Positions 50,801 through 56,617 of a DNA stretch of 64,000 nucleotides are shown one piece after another (position 1 is the stretch's first letter; each line of letters begins with the position of its first letter). Source of the DNA: a virus; the IMG/VR virus record IMGVR_UViG_3300045988_057942, one strand, 5' to 3'. The position numbers and the translations under genes were made by a program. Under the pieces are notes generated by a model. That model was not told where the DNA came from and made no database searches. It saw only the letters and a program-made list of their open reading frames with translations.

Positions 50801-51069
50801 TTGCTATTGGACAAACTATTAATGACTTACTTGGTACTACTGCTATGGCTGCTAGATTTCTTATTGAAGAAGACTTTACTGAGGAATATACTACTGGTAG
50901 ATATAAAGGTATGAATAAGTTTGAAGTTATGGCTGTTCGTAATATACCTGTTGTTCGTAGTATTAATCGAGTTCTTGATTTACCAAATAATAATAGTTAT
51001 TATAAACTTGATGAAAATATACTTAGTATTATACCTTATAAAGATATAGCTAAAGATATATTTGAATAA
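38857..51069 (+). CDS. giant protein (4070 aa), putative virion-packaged RNA polymerase-like protein
   Basis: DFDVD (D-x-D-x-D) at nt 43154-43168 (residue ~1432) in the context VVPDEWVTQTGSDFDVDSVYGM, as in crAss-like gp66-type RNAPs. Contains 4 GC elements plus one degenerate copy. Confidence 0.45.
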   Translation: MSCGNIKLVGYNNLNNVIIKEHGSNNADYYSLIAMVEDPIFKKIVADKGINVKTSGRQAYNALLEARAIKLRNMDDIASVAEKEERGLFSTIKARDTAITYMADIMNKLSFNFLYNGAPLNFNEIKKRTNETVINAGLKRAKKLAGSDETRNNELNSFINNPNPAIKINGLGAFLRKYGNAQDFNYGALLRSLTNTEFNEALFNNKNVAKLIKRDELYQTTDYEELGGYLDETFTEGDENSIDDGIDLMTQLWNLSIGEVKDFNKHVEEIIKYHLASLPKLTAASQLDNGSYPFDTNNELGVVTFSDANYLSKILYASADTSNVDNFIASLKRISETIPNCECLIQLHDLLSKNKVFANKYMMVFNKPIISKIETYIQTDSNGNSYVRARVTNPNTDSRTILQNTFYNNVKNNIITNRVPSAREKFRIYDRYKNTPHANLYLYDAFKEIFPDINQASFNLAIAKIGRIAMANNLINFANVINRTVENYNKYVEALKKDKRTKMPDSFINRGDTSIIYQMADVFKDIIYIPVELNSRNPEGNLSSDVINRSFITNIAKIINDDKSTVEEQNAMVEAYAKQKFASHQYDYSNLLLEHRDSNGNIINYGLFRRVGNGTPKLTEYARSMFKTSLLNGISELDNNNNDLYRSMSDGDYLITAMGLFMTDINNSETPTANYLLPIPSDAPKNFTITAPRYSLAGLRSQLEDGTKIINREHPLFKQYYNIVIQELTNMAQAVNVMFKTNANGNPILTNGDFEFSDTYNNKPEHFYNQYHKDGKDNVFTTKDGHKVLAGRVFSFKRLASKITPNSNGAFNELIGYGKTIDILYGGSTRGLSYVNNQVVLNAEQRIALEDAVADWLNEYITNGYKELKNKYGTFIDDRINNESLAEFLVNDYLVRDSMYDMYGGDQSFYKNGQAILKRIKEVQASGNPFGNTDFTKNDLDIATNLYDVTINGNAITVPYTVNGVVKRKKVVLQDKFRGVTIYNTFKSSDKVVIDRLDDQLKKAGLDKKDRERILEPFKGGVNANDAQSYITLEEWIRRITAAGELDKYAGLIQSLTDDTPIDKIDWNKFANKVQIQKNFYYDLYYDTTVGIEVPRQVKNAEFVLIPKLIKGTELEKVYNIMTNRGIHQLNTVETVKVAQHNRMTLWNNDGVLTDKALKEFDDNVFDNSELFSYNYLYRQQEVPQHMVDASNKAAIQIMKKMLDNLPNKPELNDLKNKVFNNYVANIRNSFEKTCAELGIGLDDNGHIDLNSNGTIKNLNRFVFFDRFKENAQQQGVEKAFLEFFDLDSAGFNNLPLFLSNINSKLESIANSYFNTNITRQLISGWHAAQLSDFGFKVDKQTQTDSKLQYKKIGEVDGTPVYYTEIKLPRWSSKLKGLNIEQVPDSLRTMIGYRIPTEGKQSICIMYVKEFLPDAYGSTVVVPDEWVTQTGSDFDVDSVYGMSKTFNLVKGVPTEITHARYTKDEVGYINYVKDNVDKASRKILGKTYNKQGNIRASLKNSEDAINATLEGYNGNLKVVEKIANDGGLKSYESYLKLPVEDTSSQAARTNAIIQSFIDILNNPAAFEENTTTSNFENVKEANETYAEIVGANKTTVAPSDFFTQLDWFDAATSGIKLKGISVNRDTFMSIGNVTKANHSEGIKVMYTTDVISEQEAVNRYGKENVETIGNKHIRITHKNFGWSGDDKNVDGYLINPYSSQTTAHILDVMKEGAIHNENTYTFNAFKTIVDFGSNYDTAIGFMWQPAIDILVRKWKETNSVLAEGTKNPLTEAIREVAHNLGFGEKVNFAGRKKLIDIINESYGETFKKLFNLSVSEAFSSPNLIFSSDAYKSRLRGEMNGVQQALFDLYVLAQFNRLNSIGQDISNNLNILSADKYGAKQSFYASDKVFRDARTVIENSNIYAPSSTGGQTLLLESVFPDISGGIDAFIKSDISKSSYPSLAAFLQMSTALSVKATQQVFETANPVFIDYVYRIAEWTKGGIMTEKLYNDYKDYLINKLEVGNNGSSYLNLPVTVVNGDFVHPKYIKEYGTGQSRALEVGRVSGTLVNIKTDDVVVKNIFEPTQTEIDVFARLTPAQKVDWIKRNFSQDGSIFAHIEIVANDERNNRRNVNIQYINYIQGDITNDEAHRLFDRAWNHPNPLIKLAALDLVKYAFIVEGHKFRTRNISRLISNTPLRGLSDNGIAIGDIAMKGINNYGFIDKDNVEDIIGFIRKNYNSFNCPSYTFKRLTNNKINYSLKRSGIITFNGQENLDNVGIIRNGDAVNVIRINKNLYIKGTYDGTLAYYPIDRLESFETYNSIEPSIIANNNIHKPLAVLLYEGLTQQEKRDKFIDGIKDNINEAINKGYKEVPELYGKYISDEYFQPFMNTPFENNTIYTINDKFYLNINGTTAINLSDDLQQYKAKYPNIEDSKLGLFIEINENEIDRVTSNTDRYSSVDDQTPIGRFAKNASLIISRAVRHGQPAAQNVLNALNNAEINYLDSSSLSDNSEFSLSVIANYIDVEANNILNDINRFIKIDGIDKPINDKDVIGKVLKDEQLQNRFLDVILSANTFKNKYKLISEIDIDSTNLDDKTKENIRKIQKLVNQVDSNTTVHSARKDWFERWIQLRTTNPNYISGLMKEFDAYGDTGFMDYWIQDIRANRNFVLQNILKDVMGTVEEGRLNGIKEANDFRNYLKELKSRATKDGKSVSLDSIIDDDGRLIQPNNPIWEEKIKKYRDAAIEAEQKFGINSVEHLIALSNKAKFIDMTTIHQLKPITVQDEDGNDVTIEYSTYIINLERSLLGLKKGDDGIPKEFAEYKRLNGRIRDILSQATDNVTTQSQDEELGRIYAQMDSLTSLYDEDGNKKIGHDLNVAERLRAYQTNIRKVKEMFYDKQAKEGFDSKLKEQLSIISKYESQRDANGNLLISMEELMKVPEYREAKEWIRKNTRYILDIKDIEDLNWAFEELKDANKGNSVLNLAIREFQAKDEFNVVDGRKIPEERAALIKAETVRKYKYTKGNGIPYVGIIRSAEDELRIYRADFYNYLTGNKSKSEEEINVGEAINKILEKYFDNATRTLNTADISQEDLEQLKTGFEVFNEITRGEKSVDKAKAKRVAEFIESECDVTYNWKQYELDKNRAFAKGKKYYDKWLEVFSEQVEENGTIAERPNRTIYGIIKPKDLDKWTDIDKTAAINILQKRTRETTTQYYYIKEKEVLDKYGIDSPEYKQWYRDNHYFDPYTRTIKPIRIWTTMQMIKDDGSAVVGNYEPRINQMHITPKEELINPEYSSFVNKYKVGTGYDNPNYTNLNEYQLELMNKVNELMKKYCFTNSNKRYVDMGYLPALPKSKDMTVKDYFEQALSFLGWTANVPNNTSWRNNEDLTFDKDYDIPNPRLVQLVNKDTQQLPTIPKFKEPNESDEEFSKRKAAAIKARDEIIEKNNKIHNDILNRNWEEVFNSFLIESNRYNAIKTVKNLLYTADQIITSNTAYDINYKGSISENREASAGGEIEYKQEKQTRTSEHLRSFIRRLVFEQYKDNKIPNLVKLGSLAQNIAGSKYMMMNITGGIANVLTGSSNIFMERAAGEYINLKDWEAGKSEWIKGTVSYMANMYSENSSTLQDAIIKLSHVVDFDRVTEVSTAEGLKENIRRVRGLLFSPQSVGEHYMQNVMLFAMLKSHRLVDNGRGGYDIMSKEMYHRKAEQDALMSVINTPRGGENQALLEQFNKFMDEAKADNKKRAKYNLFKANPIFDFVKTYLNEEQQREYIAKRKELIKNIDKEFAKLPDIYNQFELKDGIAQIKSDSKLTLKEYAKFIDKVREVNKKVHGVYDKLGSANIEQHWWGGTVMQYHKHLYPGFKKRYRWNGYYNETLGTIEKGSYTSLYDYLTIPFKETNVGEINNVSDVLKAFQTYGKNLLSFAVNFKLNYELLPEHEKANIRRNLGDLLYVGAAIIGAIAITGIGGDDDESIMYNLMLYHADRLASEAASFTPFGAYAEGKKLWSSPVAIGQTINDLLGTTAMAARFLIEEDFTEEYTTGRYKGMNKFEVMAVRNIPVVRSINRVLDLPNNNSYYKLDENILSIIPYKDIAKDIFE
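41320..41348 (+). repeat. GC-element copy (forward), in-frame in 4070-aa ORF (..ILYGGSTRG..)
   Basis: GACATCCTCTACGGGGGGTCTACACGTGG. Confidence 0.7.
43465..43485 (-). repeat. GC-element copy (reverse), in-frame in 4070-aa ORF (..LPVEDT..)
   Basis: ACTCCCCGTGGAGGATACAAG. Confidence 0.7.
44563..44589 (+). repeat. GC-element copy (forward), in-frame in 4070-aa ORF (..APSSTGGQT..)
   Basis: GCTCCATCCTCTACGGGGGGTCAAACC. Confidence 0.7.
45374..45395 (-). repeat. degenerate GC-element relic
   Basis: ACTCCCCTTAGAGGATTGAGCG, about 4 mismatches to the core. Confidence 0.35.
49925..49945 (-). repeat. GC-element copy (reverse, 3-nt shorter variant), in 4070-aa ORF (..TPRGGEN..)
   Basis: ACTCCCCGTGGAGGAGAGAAC. 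Confidence 0.6.
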
Positions 51070-51095
51070 GCTGGACTTGAACCTAGTAAAAAATA

Positions 51096-51132
51096 AGGGC
51101 TTGCCTATGGTATCACTACCTAGACAAGCCCT
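51096..51132. terminator. bidirectional rho-independent terminator
   Basis: AGGGCTTGCCTA...TAGACAAGCCCT hairpin with A-run before and T-run after. It sits between the convergent genes ending at 51069 (+) and 51154 (-). Confidence 0.6.
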
Positions 51133-51153
51133 ATTTGTTTTAACATTAATAAC

Positions 51154-51708
51154 TCAATCATCAAGAATAATACGTTTTTTATCATCAAGAAAACCAACCA
51201 TACCATCATATTTATCATGATAAATCTTAATAAAATCAGTCATACTACCTCTAAATATATAATTATGATTAACAACATAAGTAGATTTTTTAGTAGTATT
51301 AATAATTACTTGTTCGTTATAAAGTTCATTTAAAGCAATATAAAAAGTTTTTGAATCAATATGAGCATAATTCGTTATATCACTTTCAGTAAAAGTAATT
51401 TTATTACTACACCATTTAATATTATTACAAATATAACTAATAATAGCAATACTACCTTTATTAAGTTTAATAAGTTTAGAACTTAATTCATTACCAAATG
51501 TAACATATTCACGATTAGTAATAGTTTTCTTTGTAAGTTTAAAAACAGTATTAAGTGTTGCTAGACTATCAGTAATTTCTCTATCCTCTGTTGTAACTTC
51601 AATATTATACACAGTAGGAGCAATATTTTTAGCAACTTCATTAGCTCTTTTAGAATATATATCTCTAACCTTTTTAAGAGCTTTACTATCAAATGTAACT
51701 CTAGTCAT
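51154..51708 (-). CDS. winged-helix DNA-binding protein, RepL-like (replication initiator or regulator)
   Basis: 184 aa. HTH followed by the wing STYVVNHNYIFRGS, which resembles the (Y.NP..iFkGs) motif of RepL-like wHTH proteins. Inference. Confidence 0.35.
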   Translation of the reverse strand: MTRVTFDSKALKKVRDIYSKRANEVAKNIAPTVYNIEVTTEDREITDSLATLNTVFKLTKKTITNREYVTFGNELSSKLIKLNKGSIAIISYICNNIKWCSNKITFTESDITNYAHIDSKTFYIALNELYNEQVIINTTKKSTYVVNHNYIFRGSMTDFIKIYHDKYDGMVGFLDDKKRIILDD

Positions 51709-51857
51709 AAAAACAATATTATTTAGATTATCAGTATGACAAATATAAATATTATGTAGGAAAAAACGGAATGATTAATGTTAAAAAAGTGTAACTATCT
51801 TCCAATTTTCGGAAGTAAATATTTTTGTAATTAATTGATAATCAAGATATTACAAGC

Positions 51858-51885
51858 GTTCTTCTATCTATATAGATAGAAGAAC
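51858..51885. promoter_or_regulatory. perfect 28-bp palindrome GTTCTTCTATCTATATAGATAGAAGAAC upstream of gene 51154-51708
   Basis: Perfect dyad symmetry, seen directly. Candidate operator or origin element at the junction between modules. Confidence 0.5.
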
Positions 51886-51917
51886 AGATAGAATCAATAT
51901 TTACTATTAGCAATATC

Positions 51918-52100
51918 TTAATTAAAACCATCATCATTATTACCAATAACACACATAAGAATAACAAAAACTATAATACCAATAACAAATAGTTTTCCAC
52001 TATACTTATCCATAGCTTCACTATCACTAATATTATTAGCAACTGCCAATAGTTTAACACCACCAAATATAATTCCAAGAAGAACAATAAATGCAACCAT
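51918..52100 (-). CDS. small membrane protein
   Basis: 60 aa, hydrophobic. Confidence 0.35.
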   Translation of the reverse strand: MVAFIVLLGIIFGGVKLLAVANNISDSEAMDKYSGKLFVIGIIVFVILMCVIGNNDDGFN

Positions 52101-52138
52101 AATTATAATATATTTAAGTTTAACAATAAGATAAAAAT

Positions 52139-52178
52139 AAACCTCAGTAGTAAGACTAGCTTATCTACCGAGGTTTCA
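52139..52178 (-). terminator. rho-independent terminator-like hairpin (minus strand)
   Basis: AAACCTCGGTAG...CTACTGAGGTTT followed by ATTTTTAT on the - strand. Confidence 0.45.
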
Positions 52179-52213
52179 GTCATGCCAACGACTATAAGTT
52201 TAAGGATTAGTAG

Positions 52214-52261
52214 AACGCTCCGCTTCGCTACGCTCAACTCCCCGTGGAGGATGGAATAGAC
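52214..52261 (-). repeat. GC-element copy (reverse) with GCGAAGC-containing extension, intergenic
   Basis: GAACGCTCCGCTTCGCTACGCTCAACTCCCCGTGGAGGATGGAATAGAC. Confidence 0.7.
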
Positions 52262-52328
52262 TAGTATTCATTCAATCAATATAATCATTATTATTAATAA
52301 CTATACTAATATTACTAGCATAACTACT

Positions 52329-52383
52329 ATTCCATCCTCTACGGGGAGTATAGCGAAGAGTGCGTAGCACTCGTAGCGGTTCC
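52329..52383 (+). repeat. GC-element copy (forward) with GAGTGCGTAGCACTC hairpin extension, intergenic. Inverted partner of 52214.
   Basis: ATTCCATCCTCTACGGGGAGTATAGCGAAGAGTGCGTAGCACTCGTAGCGGTTCC. Confidence 0.7.
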
Positions 52384-52466
52384 AAGCTAATCATTAAATT
52401 TAATAAAGCCAGCTCTATTAGAGCCAGCTTTACGTATAACATATAAACCATTAGCATTAATACTAT

Positions 52467-52916
52467 TTACTTCTTTAGTCCATATTTAGCCCATTGAAGA
52501 ACAAATCCAAGACCTTCCCAAATTTTATCTTCAGCTTTAATTCGAGCGTAATTAGCACCAACATTTAAATCAAAGTTTTCAGGTTTTACACAAGCTGCTT
52601 GACCATGAACTTCAAATCCAGTAAGACAAGTAAGAGTAGTATTAGTTGTTTTAGTACCAACTTTTACATTTTCAATACCTTTAATAAATCTTTTAATATC
52701 ATTTTCTTTAAGAACATCTCCAGCAGGGTCTTCAAGTTTATAATAAGCTTTCTCAAACTCTTTAGCAGGACTCCAAGATTTATATCCATCTGGATAAGTT
52801 ACTTCATAACCCATATCGTCAGGATGAGCATTACCAATTTTATAACCTGCACTCAAAGCCATAGAAGCTCTCATAGGAGTAGCTTCAATCATTTTAACTC
52901 CAATAAATTTAGCCAT
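52467..52916 (-). CDS. hypothetical protein
   Basis: 149 aa ORF. Confidence 0.45.
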   Translation of the reverse strand: MAKFIGVKMIEATPMRASMALSAGYKIGNAHPDDMGYEVTYPDGYKSWSPAKEFEKAYYKLEDPAGDVLKENDIKRFIKGIENVKVGTKTTNTTLTCLTGFEVHGQAACVKPENFDLNVGANYARIKAEDKIWEGLGFVLQWAKYGLKK

Positions 52917-52935
52917 AATTTTAAAATTTAATTAT

Positions 52936-53085
52936 TTATTTAATAGTAGTAGTAATTATTACAAATCTATCATCTACCGGTTCAACATCAATAGCCTGAA
53001 ATTCTTTATATTCAGTATCTTCAACTAAAACAAGTTTATCTTCATCAAATTGTTGAAGTTTATCTATAAGTTCTTTAACTGTCAT
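52936..53085 (-). CDS. small acidic protein (49 aa), paralogue of the adjacent small ORF
   Basis: MTVKELIDKLQQFDEDKLVLVEDTEYKEFQAIDVEPVDDRFVIITTTIK. Not in the ORF track because it is under 60 aa. Confidence 0.3.
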   Translation of the reverse strand: MTVKELIDKLQQFDEDKLVLVEDTEYKEFQAIDVEPVDDRFVIITTTIK

Positions 53086-53100
53086 AGCTTTAAAATTTAA

Positions 53101-53247
53101 TTAATCACTAACTATTATAACTTCTCCACAATTATTACTATAATCACATACTTCATCAATAGAATTAATATCACCATTATAATCAATATATACTATTGAT
53201 CCTTCATCGCAAGTTTTAAGCATTTCTATAAGTTCTTTAACTGTCGT
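53101..53247 (-). other. second copy of the small acidic ORF, with ATG replaced by ACG (pseudogene or non-AUG start)
   Basis: TTVKELIEMLKTCDEGSIVYIDYNGDINSIDEVCDYSNNCGEVIIVSD. Same frame organisation as its neighbour, but ACG is at the start position. Confidence 0.2.
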
Positions 53248-53250
53248 AGT

Positions 53251-53529
53251 TTATTCTTTTTCAAGTTTGTTAATAATATCTTTAATATAATCACTAGGAA
53301 AACTACCTTCAAGTCGAGCTAATTCTTTTCTTTTATAATCATTATCGACTTTAGTAATAACAGTAGTAGGAAATTTAGTAATTTCTTTTCTTAGAATATC
53401 ATCTAGATTTGTATTACGAATATTAAGAGTAATATCACAATTAGCTTCATTAATAGCATCAGTTATATTTTTAATTGCTATTTTACAAGCATCACAACCA
53501 TCTCTAGTAAAACAATCAATACGTATCAT
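53251..53529 (-). CDS. glutaredoxin/NrdH-like redoxin
   Basis: 92 aa. CDAC (CxxC) near the N-terminus, FPTTVITKVDN, thioredoxin-fold pattern. Confidence 0.5.
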   Translation of the reverse strand: MIRIDCFTRDGCDACKIAIKNITDAINEANCDITLNIRNTNLDDILRKEITKFPTTVITKVDNDYKRKELARLEGSFPSDYIKDIINKLEKE

Positions 53530-54119
53530 AACACAATAGCATTATTTTTAACAGCTTCTTTAATAGTATTAGGAACTCTAAGAAGAGTATTCTTAATCAT
53601 TTCAGTAGTAAGACTATCAGAATATACATAAGTAGCATAAGTTCTCCAACTATCTTTAATCACAATAGCAAACTTATTCGGATTATCAATATTAGTTTGA
53701 ATATATTCTACTTTAGTATTCTGATATTTCCACATCCAAGCAATAGCATCAGCACATTTAGCACGAGTTATACAATCATGTTCATCAATAAACGCTTCAA
53801 CAAATATATTATTTGTTTGTCTTGTAGGTTCATCTCCAGTAAGATAATTAATATCATTACGAAGTTCTTCCCAAGTAACAGAATTACTATATCGTTTATA
53901 TTCTGTATCATCTCGATATATAATACAAGTAGGATATTCAGTAATATTCTTACCAGCAACAGCCTTTTCAAGTATCATATCTTCAAGAATAAGATGGTCA
54001 GGAAGATTTTTAAAATTACATTGAACATTAGTACCAAATAAAGCTATATCAATAGCTTCTCGCATAGCTTCTGTTTTATCTTTATCAGCACTTTTATAAT
54101 AAAATTCAATTTTAACCAT
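53526..54119 (-). CDS. hypothetical protein (N-terminal thioredoxin-like fold without CxxC?)
   Basis: 197 aa. First gene after conserved upstream element copy 2. Confidence 0.4.
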   Translation of the reverse strand: MVKIEFYYKSADKDKTEAMREAIDIALFGTNVQCNFKNLPDHLILEDMILEKAVAGKNITEYPTCIIYRDDTEYKRYSNSVTWEELRNDINYLTGDEPTRQTNNIFVEAFIDEHDCITRAKCADAIAWMWKYQNTKVEYIQTNIDNPNKFAIVIKDSWRTYATYVYSDSLTTEMIKNTLLRVPNTIKEAVKNNAIVL

Positions 54120-54248
54120 AGTATTCGTATAATATAATGAGAATTTATAAAATTAGCTATTTTAAAGCCCTACATTGAATGATATTCATATCGTGATAGA
54201 TTAATCACAATGATAATTAAAATTCAATATAAGGCAAAAGAATTATAT
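54120..54248 (-). promoter_or_regulatory. conserved upstream element copy 2 (putative promoter + leader)
   Basis: The reverse complement aligns with the 27921-28043 and 60045-60172 copies. Ends ...TTCTCATTATATTATACGAATACT-ATG. Confidence 0.45.
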
Positions 54249-54254
54249 CTATGA

Positions 54255-54518
54255 CTATTCTAACAGCTTGCGAAGATACCTCCGAAAAGTGTAATCACTT
54301 TGTAAACCACGTAGAACATAACCATTACAGTAAGCAGCAGGAGCATCACTAATACCAATACTACGCGCTTCTTGTCTACCAGTATCAGTATATAGATTAT
54401 GCCTAATAAGATTAAACCTACCGGCAAACTCAGGTAGAGCAAGAGCTTTGTGAAGCCTTTCTTCAAAAAGTTTACTAACATTACAATCAGGTAAATAAAA
54501 CAAGATTAACTTTTTCAT
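54255..54518 (-). CDS. glutaredoxin-like/thioredoxin-fold protein (monothiol?)
   Basis: 87 aa. LILFYLPDC...SDAPAAYCNGYVLRG. Its GC content is clearly higher than the surrounding DNA. Confidence 0.3.
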   Translation of the reverse strand: MKKLILFYLPDCNVSKLFEERLHKALALPEFAGRFNLIRHNLYTDTGRQEARSIGISDAPAAYCNGYVLRGLQSDYTFRRYLRKLLE

Positions 54519-54832
54519 AGATAAACTTCATTACCTTCAACTTTAGCATCACTAAAATGACTTTTAAAACTTTCAACACTTCTACACCATAAAGGTTCAA
54601 GTCCATTAAGTTTATAAATAACAGCAGGAATCCATTCACCTGTATCTGGATGTTTCATTTTAGTAATACTAATAATTATATATTCATTAGACGTTTTATT
54701 ATGAATATAACGAGCACCAACTTTAAGCTTTAGCTGCGCCGCCTGTTCCTTTTCCAAATCCTTTGTTTCCACGTTCAGTTTCACCAAGTTCTTCAATAGA
54801 ATTAACTTCTTTCCAAGTAATACGTTGAGCAC
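54515..54832 (-). CDS. DUF1653-like protein
   Basis: YIHNKTSNEYII...KHPDTGEWIPAVIYKLNG..LWCRSVESF matches the DUF1653 pattern. The 5' end overlaps the dUTPase gene, so the true start is uncertain. Confidence 0.35.
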   Translation of the reverse strand: MLNVLLGKKLILLKNLVKLNVETKDLEKEQAAQLKLKVGARYIHNKTSNEYIIISITKMKHPDTGEWIPAVIYKLNGLEPLWCRSVESFKSHFSDAKVEGNEVYL

Positions 54833-55391
54833 TATTAATAATTAATTGTGCACATCTATCTTCTCCATTACAATCATAAGGAGGAATAGAAACTTTAGCA
54901 AGAATATTAGTCATTGTAGTTCTAACACTATTAAGTTTAAGTCTAGAATTACCTACCATACTATCAGGTAAATGCATATGTTGTCTAAGTTTATCAACTA
55001 CTTCAACAAGGTCAGATACAGCATGAATTAAATCTCTAGAAGTACGATTCTTAAAAATAATAAGAAGTTCTCCACGATAACCCCAATCAAGAGTACCAGG
55101 TGTATTTGGCATATAAAAATCAGATTTAGTAAGATTACTTCTAGGACGGAGAGCCATTTCGTTAGGATTACCATCATCATCATTACCAATAGCAAATGCT
55201 AAACCAGTATGATATATAAATCTATCTTTAGTATTATCATATTCACAGTGTATAGGATAAATATCCATACAAGCATCACCTTCTTTACCATAAACAGGTA
55301 AAATAGGTTGAACATTACAATACTGTTCTACATCTACAACATCTCCACTAAGAAGTTGAATTTCTTTTAGCTTAAATACTTTTATTTCCAT
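54723..55391 (-). CDS. dut: dUTPase
   Basis: All five trimeric dUTPase motifs: GDACMDI, RPRSNL, GTLDWGYRGEL, RCAQLII, RGNKGFGKGTGG. Confidence 0.75.
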   Translation of the reverse strand: MEIKVFKLKEIQLLSGDVVDVEQYCNVQPILPVYGKEGDACMDIYPIHCEYDNTKDRFIYHTGLAFAIGNDDDGNPNEMALRPRSNLTKSDFYMPNTPGTLDWGYRGELLIIFKNRTSRDLIHAVSDLVEVVDKLRQHMHLPDSMVGNSRLKLNSVRTTMTNILAKVSIPPYDCNGEDRCAQLIINSAQRITWKEVNSIEELGETERGNKGFGKGTGGAAKA

Positions 55392-55410
55392 ATATAATTA
55401 AATTATTAAA

Positions 55411-56472
55411 TTAAAGAGCTTCTGCAAGTGCAAAAGCATTTTCTATTTTTCTTGATTTATCACCATAACAAATACTATCAAATCGCTTAGTACCTTCAAT
55501 ATTATCTATATTAGAATAATATCCACTAACAGCATTAACAGCTCCCCAAGCAGTACCTAAAATATCTCTTTGACCAGGACCATCAAAATAATAATTATAA
55601 GTATCAGAAATAACATTCATTTTTCTACTACTTATTTTACTATCAGATAAAGCTAAACCATTACGATAAGCAATATCTTTAATAGTATGACCTGTATCTT
55701 TTAGACGTTGAATTTCATCACTAGTAAGAAGATTTTCTCCAATAAATTGAATTACATCTTCATCAGTAACTTTAATATTAGCAAGTAAATTACAATATTG
55801 ACCAAATTCTTCAGATTTAATTTTACTAATTCCAAGTATTTCTTGTGCAACAGAAATCTTATTATGAACACTAGTTGTATGTCGAAAACTAACATAATTA
55901 CTACTAGTACGAATAGCAGCATTAAGAGTATTTTGACAAATAACTCTAATAGGAGTAAATAAAATCTTAACTCCGCCACTACCATCATGAGTATTAGTAA
56001 ATACTAGATAATTTTCAACAGGGTCACCTTTAACAAGAATATTATTAGGAAGTTTAGCACTTACAAATATTCTCTCACCATTTCCCCAAAATCCAGCAGT
56101 TTGCCAAATAGCAGAATTTTTACCAATAGCATCATCAAAGAAATTAAAAGCATCATTGTTTTGTACAATAGTATATTTACTTTTAACAACACCTAAAGGA
56201 ATATTGTAATCAGTACGATAGGTAGCAAAGGCGTTATCACACTTACGATAAATGTCAGTACCAAAAACATGAGCGCCTTCTTTTTGTTCTTTAATAATTT
56301 TATCAAGTTCTTCATCAGTTCCAGTAAGTTTAATAGGCATTTTACCAACTAGTTCACATTTAGCTACATTAAAATTAAGTCCAGCTTTAAGCATAACTTC
56401 TTTAGCAGTAGAACAATCTGATACATCAATAGCACCAGAATAAGCCCAAGGTTTACCTTTAACTTTATACAT
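55411..56472 (-). CDS. DUF932-family protein (phage/plasmid-like protein)
   Basis: 353 aa. FTNTHDGSGGVKILFTPIRVICQNTL resembles the DUF932 signature (NSHDGSSA..RLVCSNG). Confidence 0.4.
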   Translation of the reverse strand: MYKVKGKPWAYSGAIDVSDCSTAKEVMLKAGLNFNVAKCELVGKMPIKLTGTDEELDKIIKEQKEGAHVFGTDIYRKCDNAFATYRTDYNIPLGVVKSKYTIVQNNDAFNFFDDAIGKNSAIWQTAGFWGNGERIFVSAKLPNNILVKGDPVENYLVFTNTHDGSGGVKILFTPIRVICQNTLNAAIRTSSNYVSFRHTTSVHNKISVAQEILGISKIKSEEFGQYCNLLANIKVTDEDVIQFIGENLLTSDEIQRLKDTGHTIKDIAYRNGLALSDSKISSRKMNVISDTYNYYFDGPGQRDILGTAWGAVNAVSGYYSNIDNIEGTKRFDSICYGDKSRKIENAFALAEAL

Positions 56473-56594
56473 TAATTATAAGTTTTAATATATTCAATAA
56501 TACGTTCAATATCTCTAATAGCTTGACTGTTAGTAACTCCATAGGTATCTATATACCATTTAATTACTTCTCTTACTTTATCTTCTAGTTCCAT
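56472..56594 (-). CDS. small protein (40 aa)
   Basis: The track ORF 56472-56654 extends through the GC element. The internal ATG at 56594 is the more likely start. Confidence 0.25.
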   Translation of the reverse strand: MELEDKVREVIKWYIDTYGVTNSQAIRDIERIIEYIKTYN

Positions 56595-56617
56595 AATTAA
56601 CAAGATTAGTAGTGTTG

